Of a DNA stretch of 64,000 nucleotides, positions 41,001-54,061 are shown piece after piece; position 1 is the first letter of the stretch; each line of letters begins with the position of its first letter. This stretch comes from Trichinella spiralis. Lineage: Eukaryota. The position numbers and the translations under genes were made by a program. The notes below the pieces were generated by a model that worked only from the letters and a program-made list of their open reading frames with translations, did no database searches and was not told the origin of the DNA. The stretch is from the NCBI RefSeq assembly GCF_000181795.1, contig NW_003526943.1, positions 3,685,228-3,749,227 on the forward strand, written 5' to 3'.

Positions 41001-44000
41001 AGAGGCAATGAAATTAATATTTATTGATGTTATTGTTAATTATTATTGACACTTTTTTATCACTGTGATGGATAAGTGGTAGGAGGACAATTTGAGATGC
41101 AGTACATAAATGTGTGAAATTAATGACTGAAATATTTTTATCAATAAATGTAACTAACATTTTCATAGAAAATGAACTTCAAAATTATTATTGCTAATTG
41201 TGATTTGTATTCATTAATGCTGTTTAAAAGCACTTTAAAAAGTTTTTTTATGATTTTTGTACAAAAGTCCTAAATAAGAAGAAAGTGCAAGAAATGATAA
41301 AACCAGAAGTAATACTCAGTTTGTTGGATGATAATACTTTTTAAAGCTTAAGTGTTTTTTTTTGTATTCTTACACGTAGGCAATTTGCAGGAAGGCACAT
41401 ACATTGCATATACTGCATGACTTATTCTTTTTTTAATGTGAATCTCAAAAAACATTTGATTTTGATGTATACACTTTTTTGCTTTAAAACGTATAATGTA
41501 AGTAAATTGAACACTTCATTTTGCAAAGGGGCTAAGAAAGCCTATTTGAATTTATTTTTATTTATACGCTTTGTTTAAAATAAATTACTCTAATTTCTAT
41601 TCTTGTATAAAGCTGTGAAGAACAATAAGTTAATTGCGATAAATGATAATTGTGAAAATTTGACCAAACATGGCTGTTTGTTCAGTTTCAAGTCTGAAGC
41701 TGAGGCAAATATCACTGATCTCAATTATTTCACTGTCAGGAATCAGTAGAAACTATTTCATGATTATTTAGTTGCGTATGCATTTTGCTAAATAGAGGTG
41801 TTCTTCCAAAGTGTTTTGATGCAGTGTTCAAAAGAATGAAAGTGTTATTGCATGTTTTTTCACCTGCACAGAGCTACGCATACAGGGTAAAGACTTATTG
41901 TTTTCAAAATTTAAACTTTGCGATATATTTTTTAACTACTTTGGCATGTTGCAATTCCAATTGCGTTTTCATATGTAACATATTATTAGAATGGCAAACG
42001 TTAATGCATTTGCAATTACAGTTGAAAATTTATGCATAAAACTTAAATTACAATAGTACGATAAGTACTTTTTAGAACATTTTAAAATTAAAATTTTTAT
42101 CTTTATGGTACTTCTTTTTTATCATCATCTCATCTGGCAGAAACATGCTTTATATAATCTTCTAGAAATAATATCGCAGTTTTAAGGACAACAGAAATGT
42201 GTAGATTAAAACTGTGAGTACTTTATAGTGCTTTGAGAAAGTTGCTTGGCAGTGAATAATTTTTAATTTCTAGTAGCAGGAAAAATTACCGAAAACTGCT
42301 TTCTGAAGAGCTATCATAGAAGTAATTGAAGCGCTGTATTTATATACAGTTTTATAAAATTTTAATATAAATGTTTTGTAAGTTTTATATTGATATATTT
42401 GGAAAGTTGTATTTAAAAAAATTTAGCATATGCTGATAAAAGTATACTATTATTTACAAGTAAAGTGAATTATTTTTAATAATCTTTTTATGCTTTGTTT
42501 AAAACAATTTGATGTAATGATTTGTTATTTTTATATTTTGTTATGTGAAGATGAAGTGAAATTCTTAAAAGTAGTCATATTAATGCTAGATGTTGCAGTG
42601 TTGTTTTACGTGTGGTTAACTGTTCAATGTTCTATACACACACACGTACATACATATATATATGTATGTTCAAGTTATTTATTTTTAGAAAGAAAAGAAA
42701 AATGAGTATATAAATATCCATACTTGATGTAGTACTTTAGAATATTTAAAAATTTGCCAAACATTTTCCAATGAGCAAAAACATGTTGATTTTATCATTT
42801 GAATAAACGCCGCTTTTTAAATGAAATCAATATGAATTAAATTTGAAATAAAAGCACATTTCGTTTGTACATTTGCTCGACATTTGTTAGAATGTATTTT
42901 ATTTAATAATAAAATTCTTCATTCACTCAGTTTTCAAAAATGAAGTAAACATGAATAGAGAAGCTTGTAAGCATATATAGTTTTCAACAGATTTATGTTT
43001 CATAAAACGTACGTTTGACGTTTGAAGTAATTTTTAAATGTTGCAAATTATTCTCTCTTTTTTTATTTCTCTTTTCAATATTTTATTTTTAAATTTTCTT
43101 TTCATGCGTGAGGTGAATTTTGTGAAACGTGGATGTGATGTAACATATTTTGCAGAAATATTTTTGGTATGTTATTGCAGCAAAGGTAGATGTCAATTTT
43201 TGCATTGTTCTGCGGATAGCATAATATTTATTTTAACACGTTGAACCGCAAAATTAATTCTCCCACAGAAAGTCGAGCTGTCTATCGGCTTCGACTGTAT
43301 TGACATTTGGTTGCGTATTTTATCAACTTCAGCAAAGCTATCAGTTGGTAAAGCAGTCAACGTTTATTTTTTTTCTTATTTTTTGCAAATAATTTTGGAA
43401 TAAAAATTTTCCAGCATATTTTAATTTTTTAATCTTTCAAAAAAGATGTGAAATTCAACAGAGAGAAAACTACTGAAAAATTCATTCATGGTGCGTTGAA
43501 ATTAAACAAATATTTTTAATTTTTTAATGCTTCCTTTTTGTATAGTTGTTTTCTTTTAAATTATGAAGAACTTTGGTAAGATGGAGTTGAATTTTGATAT
43601 TTTATTTTATTACTTTTTGAAGCATAATTTTCTTACTGAAGCAAAATATTTCATCATTGAATTTGAAAAATTATTCAGTTTTAATTTAATCAAATACAAA
43701 TAGATAAATAAGCCGTTCATTTTTGCTCTGAAATTTGCCATTTATATTGCATTATTAATTTTGTAATCGAACATTTCCAAGTAGAATTGGCGTGTTAAAA
43801 TTATTCATGCACAGCTAATCATTTTTCACTTTTGCAGTAAAAATGTAAATTATGATTGAAAAGTATATGTTTTTTATTGATTGAAAAAATGAATCAATCC
43901 ATGGGTGCATTTGGTTTTGCCAACCATTTGTTTTTTTAATACATCCAGATTGCATAACGCGACGGGAGATTGCATTTGCTGTAACTGAAGAAGCTAAAAA

Positions 44001-44635
44001 CATTATTATCATTGGAAAATTGATGCATATTTACGAATAACGCTTTTGTACTCTTTTTCTGTCTATCTATCGTATCTATATACTATCTTTTTTCATGGAA
44101 AAATAATCGTCGAAAAAGATTTTATTTTAAAATTAAAAATATACCTTTAAAAATAATAATAATTCTGATTTCTTCGAATAATTCAAAAATTTACTTTTCT
44201 GAATCTAATTTTTCACTTTACTATTCCATTTTGCATATGTTAAATTTAAAGAATAGTTCATTTCTTCGTATTTTTTGTAAAATATTCTCCCGGCACAGTT
44301 TGATACTAAAGGTGATTTTTAAAACTTAATTGAAGTTTTCTAGGCATAAATAGCATATTTTTGTGCATGCATATCCAACTAAATGCAACCAACTGCAAAT
44401 TTAAATGACAAAATATTTAAATGTTTATTTTGAAGAATTCTTTTATTGACAGATATGTTTTTCAATTAAATTGCTGAAACTGAAATATTGCTTACCTGAT
44501 TTTATTTATTTATTTATACCACGGCGTTGCCGATTTGAGTTTTTCCATTTATTCAATGCTCAACTTGATTAATTGAAATATTTTATGCAAATACTTTATC
44601 ATGTATTTAGAGTGTTTTATTATTTTATCATCTTT

Positions 44636-44688
44636 TCATATTCATCATAATTCAATTCATCATAATTCATATTCATCATAATTCAATT
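44636..44688. repeat. Short minisatellite of ATTCATCATA-based units
   Basis: ATTCATCATAATTCA occurs three times in tandem. Confidence 0.8.
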
Positions 44689-47600
44689 TTGGCTCAACAG
44701 AAAATTAGGAATTAATTCATTGCATTTATTTAGGAAATTGAGTAATTAAAAATATATCATTGTTCGCATTGCTGAATAATTTTTATATCTAAAAAATTTG
44801 GCGCCTTTTTTTGCAAAAGTTATCTGTTAATGCTGAAATTTTTAAGCTGTTTGGAATTTTAGTGAGTTCATTTTTGAAAACAATAAGCATGCTTATGAAT
44901 GTTCTTTAATTGAATGAGTAAGAATCAAACCGGCAAAGTTAATATGTTTATTATGCTATATCTGAAGTAGTTTTAATTTGAAAAACATCGGTTGTGTCAG
45001 TTGTTGTTGGGTGCCTTGATCAATTTATAGGTTATAGGTTTTAGACATCGAAGAATTTTAACTGCTTATCTGAAAATTCATTTTGATCGTATACTGCATT
45101 TTATAGAGTTTTATATTTCAACTTTAAATATTTATTATTGTGCTTGCTTAATTTTTATTACAATAATCCTGTGAAACCTCCTTTGAATGAATATGCGGTA
45201 TTACAGTTATATAGTTAAGTTAAATTTAAATTGACGCACTGATTGCAACGTTGCACTTGTCATTGTGACGATAATTGAGGAAATGCACTTTCAATATTAA
45301 ACATTTATTTCTATTGTGTCAAATTTATTTCATTTTTTAAAAATTAATTTTGCAGATGAAAAAGGCAGTAAAGCAAATAAGAATTTATAAAATTGAAAAA
45401 AATAAATTGGTAGCAAATAATTCGATGTTTTATATTAATAAACCTGGGCACATTTATGAATCTGTTGGATCATTGTAGCTTGATATATTAGGCACGTTTA
45501 TATGAGGAACTGTTAAAATAATAATTCAAATCTTTTGTTTTAAATTAATGAAATTAATTTAAAACTTTTCTGCTGTATTCTGCGAAATGGGAATTGTTTG
45601 ATTAAAAACCCCAGTAAATGCGGAGATTTGATTTGAAATATTTTTTGTTCGTATTAAAACTTTTATCTGAATTAGCAATGTATAAATTTGATACGTTTCA
45701 TGTCCCATTAATATTCAATACCATTTTTAATTTGTATGTTTTGAAATAAAAGCATTTATTAATTAATTGTGATTGTGATGATTCGGTATACGAGAAAATA
45801 TGCAAAGTTATCTTATGTTAGCTTAGTTTTTATATAATATTATCAATTAAGTTACCTTTTTGATTTTATTTTTCATTTAAAAATTTGTTAAGTCTAATAG
45901 TTCTTCTTTATCTTATTATATTCCATTTTAGAATGAACTGGTGGGCGTTATGAAGCATTATTTGGTTGAACCGATTAGCAGTTTAACATACGTCAAGGGC
46001 GATCTGGGATATACTTCTCTGAATAGTTTTCAGCGTCATATCTTTTTTTATTTCGGGGCAATGAATTGAATATGATGCTATTTCGAAGTGTTTCATTAGT
46101 TTTTGTCTGTTATTGTAGAAATAGTTTGTATTTTAAAGTACTTCGCTTTCTATAAAGTAGTAAAGGTCGCGTATAGCTCTGCTTCTTTGTTAGATCGCAT
46201 TGATTAACAATCGCTAAGCAATTGTTATATCATTTTTTGGCTAAACTATTTTGCTTTTTATAGCTATCACTGCGGAAGAAGAAATCGAATTGAGGTTTTA
46301 CAGTAGATTTTTGATTGGTGTCGCATTAATGATCAGGTATGTTCTGCTTTTGGGTTATGTTATAGTACATTTAAGAAAACTTCTTTTGTATACCTAAATG
46401 CTAGTCATCTTATGCAAAGCTACTTTGTACGTTTTGAAGTAAAATCATGCAATTAAGAAGTAATTGTAGAAAGTAAAATTCACAATAACACTGATGTAAA
46501 TATCAGAACAATCACACAACCTGTATCTTAGACAAAATTGGATAATTTAATGAGTAAAGACTACAATTGATTTTATTTTGCAGATAAGAGACTTAAATTT
46601 CAGAGAAACTTCTTATCATTTTTAATAGTTTTTATTTTACTTTACTATTACAAAAATTTTTGATGCATCTGAAATTTCTTTAATGAACCTGGGTATTATA
46701 TATGCTTTGGTGATGCCTTGCCTATTAATTCTAATTATTGGGATTATACTGGCAGGTAATTTTTTATGCTTGTCACTGATTTCCACTTGATTGCTATTAA
46801 TTATTTTAAAAGGCTTTATAGCGTGAGAGAGAAAGAAAAATGTGCTATTGATAGCTAATAAATTATTGCATAATTGCAATATGTTTAATACAGAAATGAA
46901 TTTAGTCATTTAAGATGATTATAACCGTGAAGAAATTGACATTTAAAATTATAGAGTCAGTTTTATTAGTTAACTTTTTCTTGTATTTTATATATTTTTT
47001 TCACATATCCTTCTTTTGATTACGGTTATATTAAAATCATTAATAATGTTTAGTTATCACTAATAACAGTTATTTGATACTGCAGGTTACACTTCAAGAG
47101 GTTTTTCTTGTTTCAGCTTTAAATTGAATGCATTGTTTATGATGCAAATAACACACATTTGTCGATATGAATTTTGGTAATTCTGAGTCATAATTTTGAT
47201 ATTGCACAGGATAAGAATATATAAAAGAAATAAGTTGTTCTTGCAATACCGTTTTCTATATTTCTGTGTTGATAATTTGTATTGTTTCATGATATAGATC
47301 GAGCGTTGTTAGATGCCATGAAGTTTACTTGAAAAATTAATGATTACATATGTAAGTTGTTTTTAATATTTTAAGGCATATCTTATAAACTATTCTGTCT
47401 TATGATCTAAAGATGGACATACTGTGCATTCTGATAGAATAAACTCAGAATTAAAGGCATTTAAGATAAAGTAAAGAGTAAACACAATTTATTTGAGAAA
47501 AAAGTAGATGTTAAGAAAGAATTGTTTGATTAATTGTTTTATTTTGAAATGATATGATTTGGGAAATCAACATTATAAAGTATAATGAAGTACATTATAC

Positions 47601-47988
47601 GTGCAGTCGTTCCATTTTTGCATTTTAAAAATATTCTGAAAAATTAATTTTTGATGTTTCATAACAATTTCAAAGAGCATAAATGAATGTTCTGAGTGAA
47701 GGATTGAGAAAAATGAATCACTGAATCACAGTCTGGCATGTTGCATTTTATGGTACAATTTGTAGAGTGGATAATTTGCTATGTACTTTTAAGATATTCT
47801 ATCATATTTTAACTGTATAGAAATATAGCGTAATTTATGATTTCAGATATCTCTAAAGTTAATCAGCCTTTACTTATTAATCTTTTTTATGATTTTCTGC
47901 CTTTTATATTATAATTAATTTCTGTCAAAATTTTTCTTAGCAATCTTTCCTGCAGTTAAATATCCTTGACAACTTGATCGTGTGAAAT

Positions 47989-50900
47989 ATGCTGTCAATT
48001 GCTTGTCCTACGCCAACGAGGGTTCATCGGACTCACAATCAAGTTGAAGAAGATCGGCTGCATTTAATCTCTGGTTCTTCACCCTCACTTTCTACATCTT
48101 CCTGCAGTCCAGTTGACTGCAGCACTGCGTCGTCTTCAACAAGTAATGGTGTGTTGGAAAATGACTCCTGTTCACCTAAAGCTGCAGTATTGCGAAAGTT
48201 GCCTGCCACCACGTCTGGTATCAGCGATGTACGTCACGAAAATATATATCCTGATCTCTTTTTACACACCAAACGACAAGGCCTTGTTCCGCTGGTTGAT
48301 GGGAACTACTTAACTGAGGTGTTGCATTGTTGTTCTGATTGGAAAGAAAGGTTGTCTGTTTTGGATAACTTGATTTTACAAGTTGAAGATATTAAAAATA
48401 AAATATACGCTGACGCAATTAAAGTTGACACCAACCCTGATTCTGAAACAACATCCGGTGAAGAGCAGTCAAAAACTGAACATTTACCACATGTCAGAAA
48501 TATTCAATCACCTTCATCCATGCAAGACGTGAACAGTCGGTCTCCGATGGGAATGGGAATCAACATGACGTTACCCAATGTTGTTGGCTCTATTCAAGGA
48601 CAGGTATTATATTAAGACAGTTTAGTATAATTAAGAATAAAAATAACTGTTAACAAGTAGTTATTTCCCTTTTTTAAAATGCAGTGCTATTTCTGCAATA
48701 CAAGTTTTATATTAAAATAAATATAATTTAGACCCATAAATGCATAATATTATAATTAAAAGAATTTCTTATTGTTAATTAAAATTAAAATGAAGAATTA
48801 AAAAAGCATAAGCGCATTTTCATTTTTCAGTGTATTTGTAAAATATTTTCCCGCTACACTTATTTTTGAGGTTTTTCAAATGACAACTAAACAAGCAGCT
48901 ATTGAATAGTAATAAATACTAACAATAAAATAACAAAAAACTGTAAAAAATGATAGCAATAAAAGCTTAGCACAAGCGAAGGTAATGACAAAATTGATTT
49001 GAAATCCACTAATATTTTTGTAAGACGTGTTCTGTATATGTTAATCATATTAAATAAATCGTGCAGTTATGACTGCTCATATAATCATAAATAAAATATT
49101 CGATAATGAAAAGTGAAAAATGTAATTTTCATACTAAAATTATTTTTTTTGAAACTTCTTTCTGAAGTTTTTTTCTGAATGTTTATTTTTCTGTTAAGAC
49201 ATGTGCAATTGTTCTAATGCATGTTATTAGAATTGCTCAAAGCAGATTTCATATTAATAAGCTCATACTAAAATAAGTAAAGAAAATGGTGTTATACTTA
49301 AAAGAGATTTCTGAATGCTAATAAACTTAATAAACTTGATTTTTAAAAATTACGGATGGGTGATAGATAACTTTATAAGGAATTTTAAAGTAGAAAACTA
49401 ACTGAGTTTACTTAAAGAAATCACAGTGTACAGTTTCATTCATGATAATGGTTACTTTTATTTTAAGATAACTGTGGAAAACGATTGCTCGAATGCAATA
49501 GCAAACAGTCATTTCTTTTTCCAAGAGCAGCAACGACTGATGGCAGCAGCTGCAATCTCCAGTTTTCCTTCATATCCTGTCCATTCGTTAACATCATTGA
49601 CTACCTTTCCTCCTGCAAATCCATTGATGCTTATTGGTGGTTGTGATCCACTTTTTGCAGCTAGCTTTGCAAGCACGTTGGCTGCGGCGGCTGCCAATGC
49701 AACAACAGGGAATAATTCGTACAAAGCTTCTCAATCTTCATCTGCCAGCAGTGTAACAGCGCCAACAGTGAATGCTGACTTTCCATTAAATTTAAGCCGA
49801 CCTAAAGCTCCGGCTTCTTCAAATATTGAAATAAAACGGTACACGTATTGTTAAATATATGTAAAATAGATGGTATTTAATGATATATAGCTTAAATATT
49901 TTGAGCAGAACAGCACGGAAACTTTAGCATAAATAATGAATTGAATAGAAAATATCAGTAATATAAGAATACCTATTTATGGATTATATAATAAAATAGT
50001 GATTTAAATTATTTCAGAAATGGATCTTTATTAAAAAATCGTTCTTCTGATATTATGAACCAGAATGCTATTCCGACATGCGCTAATGCTAAGCGCCATT
50101 GTGATAACGGTCTCAGTGAGTCACCAAAAGAGCACCTGCTGCTAGTGACTTGCAATGAGAACCAACATAACAATGCGCATAAGGTAACTGGGACTAGCTT
50201 TGGACAACGAATTGGCTCCAAAACTCCACCCATTAGGCAGGGATTAGTATCCCGCTCTCCAGATCACATAAAACGTCCGATGAATGCATTTATGGTTTGG
50301 GCGCGTGATGAACGAAGGAAAATGTTGAAGTCTTGCCCAGATATGCACAATAGCAATATTTCAAAAATACTCGGTAAACTCTTCAGTTGCGGTTTTTTCT
50401 TATTTCATCAAGTTAAATTTTTATAGGTGAGAGATGGAAGTCTATGAGCAGCGATGAAAAGCAACCTTACTATGAAGAGCAGTCGCGTTTGAGCAAATTG
50501 CACATGCAGCAGCATCCTAACTATCGTTACAAGTAAAATAATTATTTCATTTACTGATTTTAAAAGTAGAAGTTTAAAAATTTTAATGTTGAATGTTTTA
50601 AAATATATAATAACAGTAGTATCTAAATTTACTTTTGAGTAATATTTTTTGCTTGTCAAGTGTTACTTCACTTCAGGTTTGAGAACATAATAAATTAATG
50701 TAAGCTCAATGATTAAAAAGTTGTTTGTTATTTAGAAACAAACAGTTAAGACTGTTTAGCCAAAAACTCAATTAAAAACAAATAAATGTTAAAAAACATT
50801 TCATGCGCAAAATATATTAAAATTATTTTCATATTAATTAGTGTTTTAATGAATTTATTTGTTATTAGAATGTTTACATACAAAACATTCTTAAATTTGC

Positions 50901-51260
50901 ATTACACATCTACATTATACAAATATATAAGCTGTAAAATAAAGTGTATGTCAGATTTTATTACAGAGTGTGTTTCTTAGGCCAAGGCCAAAACGGACAT
51001 GCATTGTAGATGGAAAGCGAGTTCGGCTTTCTGAATACAAGCAGCTCTTGCGTACCAAGCAGGCATCTTGGTCAGCCATGAATGCTGGAATGACTGTGCT
51101 GTCTGCAACATCAAATTTAGATGTGTCTGCTTCAGATATTTCTGATACTTCAGAACATGCAAACATTTACCAAAGTCAGCTAGTCAGAAATGAAGATTTT
51201 AATGAACTACCCGTTAAACGCTCCCCCATGGCTTCTCCAGTTACTTCGGCAAAGCCTTAA
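47989..51260 (+). CDS. egl-13: SoxD-group HMG-box transcription factor (Sox5/Sox6/EGL-13-like), about 575 aa
   Basis: Exons 47989-48603, 49468-49838, 50018-50373, 50427-50532, 50981-51260 total 1728 nt. HMG box [69 protein letters not shown] is followed by the SoxD-specific tail [12 protein letters not shown]. An in-frame TGA lies two codons before the ATG. Confidence 0.93.
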
Positions 51261-51987
51261 AAGGGAGATCTTTGTAAATATATTCATCACCTCAAATTTT
51301 TTGTTTTCTCTTTGTTCTAACGCTCTAAAAGGCAACTTATGTAAAAGAAGATGCATTTCTATACTTATAACAAACCTGAACGCCATATTCTGTTCTGTTT
51401 TTTTGTTTGCTAAATGTTAATAATAATGTGTTTCTGTTTTCTGAAGTGCTTCATTTTAGCAACTGTGTTTCAATTCAGCTATACGTTTTTTACTACTTGC
51501 TTTAGACAGCTAATTTGTGTCATATATTTTTTCATTTATGGTAATATATATTCCTTTATTTATAAAGCTTCCTTAGAGCCTCACATTATCTTTTGTAAAT
51601 GTGTAATAGAAACAATGCATGATTATTAAAAAAGCAACATTATAAAGCAAGCATCGTTTCATTTAAATAAATCTTACATTCTTTAATTTCTTTGAAATAT
51701 TATATAATAAGTAATTAACTTATATTTCAGTTGTTATGAAGCTGCGATTTACATTAACAATACTGTTCGATGGCTATCTGGGTAAAAAAGCTAATGCATA
51801 ATATTTTTTAATAAAACAAAATTCAGTAGATTCAAAATGTAATTGCATTGCATATTGCAAGCAAATGGCAATATAAATAAACGCATAACGCTTAATGAAC
51901 TTTTTTGATAAGTTTTTTCATATAAATTATTTACAAATTCAATTTTCATTAACAAATTATTAACATATTTTCAATTTTTATTCAAAA

Positions 51988-52375
51988 TCAGCATTTAATG
52001 TTATTCTTAGATACCATTGTCTGTAAAGTATTTATTCTTCGATACAGTTTCAGTGCTCGACCGAGAGGTATTTTCAAATCATTAATAATAAATTCTTTTT
52101 CCAGTACCATCAGAGTGCACCCGTCAATGAAATTTTGTTCAAATACCAAAGCCTCTTTCTCAAATCCCAACTTTGCCACAAAATAAGATACATCTTTCAC
52201 TGTCCATTCACTTAAATTCGATTTTGCCGCTTTCATGAATATCGTATCATTTTCCAAACTTGGCAAATTAAACCTAAACGAGAAAAGTAAAATTAAAGTG
52301 AATTGAGATTTTCCGATTATATTTTCGAATTTACCCGTCTTTAAATTGGTTTTTGATATTGCTGTGGAATACCAT
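51988..52375 (-). CDS. Small SAM-domain-only protein (SAMD1/SAMD13/Polycomb-SAM-like), paralog A, about 108 aa
   Basis: Exons 52375-52335 and 52273-51988 joined by a phase-2 GT-AG intron. WTVKDVSYFVAKLGFEKEALVFEQNFIDGCTLMVL...LKIPLGRALKLYRRINTLQ fits the SAM pattern W..DV..F...GF...A..F....IDG..L..L.......LG.ALK. The start is uncertain because the frame stays open to an upstream acceptor. Confidence 0.8.
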
Positions 52376-53799
52376 TTCAGAATAATTCCTAGTTCTAGAA
52401 TTCTAGAAATTTAAACAAATTGCTTTTATCATGCAGGTAATTAACAAAGTAACATATGCATCAGAGAATTACATTTCATTTTTTCATGATAATCGCAGAA
52501 ATAAATATAAAAAAGTGAGATATGCTGTATCAGGCGATGTTGATTTTGAAATTCATTACATATCAATATAATATATTTGAATTTATCATAAAAACAACTC
52601 ACAGCAACTTATAAATGCAATATATAAAATTATGTATCAGACCAAACAAAACAATGTTATTTACGCAGAAACACTATTATCAATCACTAAATTGAATTTT
52701 AAAATAGTAATAATGTGGCAGTTCTAAGAACCACACTTTAAAAAAACAAATTTAGTTTAAAATACTAAAAAATTACCTCTTTTTAATATCAGATTATATT
52801 AGTTTTTATATTATTTTAATTATATTATATAACTTTACAAAATAAAACATTACTTTTTTATGCGTACAAAAATTGTAACAGTCTTTATGAAAGCAAAAAT
52901 ATTTTCTAGAAAGTTCAAAAATACTACAGCATCAATTCTAAAATGCAGATAAACTTAATTATGTGTGTACATATTAATAATACTAATGGCATGTTTTCTA
53001 GCAGATACAGTAGATATTTGCTTTTCAAGGATTAACTGAAGTCACTTGTGCTTTTTTAATATTTAACTGTCGTGCATTACATATGTAATATTTTCCCAAA
53101 CAACGCACATGACATAACTTATGCTTAACATGTTAAATCTGGATTTGAACATGAAATTTACAATAGTGCATGGCAGGCTTTTCTGCAGCTTAATGTTACT
53201 TCATGAGGTGATATTTTAATACAAACTGCTTGAATATAATATTATATCATATTATGTATTACAAATGAGAAATATTTGAAACGTTTTAAATAACTTAGTA
53301 ACAAAAGTAAATGACTGGATTATGACAAATTTAAATACTTCTGTCTACATACTTGTACTGTTATAAATCACATTTTCAGATAGCTGATAATGACAAGTGT
53401 TTGAAATTTTAATTTTGCCTAACTTTTAGTTTGATACAGAAATCTAAGATTAGGTATTTCATTGAAAATATAAGCAGACTAAGGTAAAATTTTTATCCAA
53501 ATTCTTCTACTGACTGACTTTATTTGTCAACGTTGATTGGCTAAATGATTTTCTGTATATAGTTTACTAAAGTTAGTCATTTTCTTGTCCACTGTGTAAT
53601 TTTACTTAATTAGAAAAACTACAGTTAAATAGTATTTCATTTATTGCTTTTTATTTTCACATAATGTTTTGATACTTTTGATGTTTTGTTACAAGTCTTT
53701 TGAATATTTTTATCGTAGTTTTATATTTATTTTTGTAGCTTTATTCTTCTTCTATGACTATTGTTCATCGTTTATGATATTTGATTCAACTCTTCTTAG

Positions 53800-54042
53800 C
53801 CCTATGACGATGTAGTTCCAACGTTTGTGGGGCGTTTCATTGAACAACAATGTGGAGCTGAAAATGTGGCTGGACATATTCTTCGGCCTGTGATTTCTAA
53901 CAGCGTGACATTGCTAAGCTATTGGAACGTTAGCAAGAAGTCGTGAACAATGAAAGAGAACATATTCTTGATTGATTTGTTAAATTTTTAATGAAAAATA
54001 AAAATTAAAAGCTTCAATTAAAGGGTACCCAACACCTAGTTA
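53800..54042 (+). mobile_element. Mariner/Tc1 transposase 3' remnant
   Basis: Broken frames read NNVELKMWLDIFF...LLER*QEVVNNEREHILD*, resembling the mariner C-terminus (ELK.WLD.FF...LVERW.EVVNN.GEYI.D). Confidence 0.6.
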
Positions 54043-54061
54043 TTCTTCAAGACACTTTTAA

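Noticed and set aside
17100..47900. Dozens of 60-110 aa ORFs rich in F/I/L/K/N in the ORF track
   Set aside because: Composition mirrors AT-rich non-coding DNA, many start at TTG/GTG, and none shows a domain motif.
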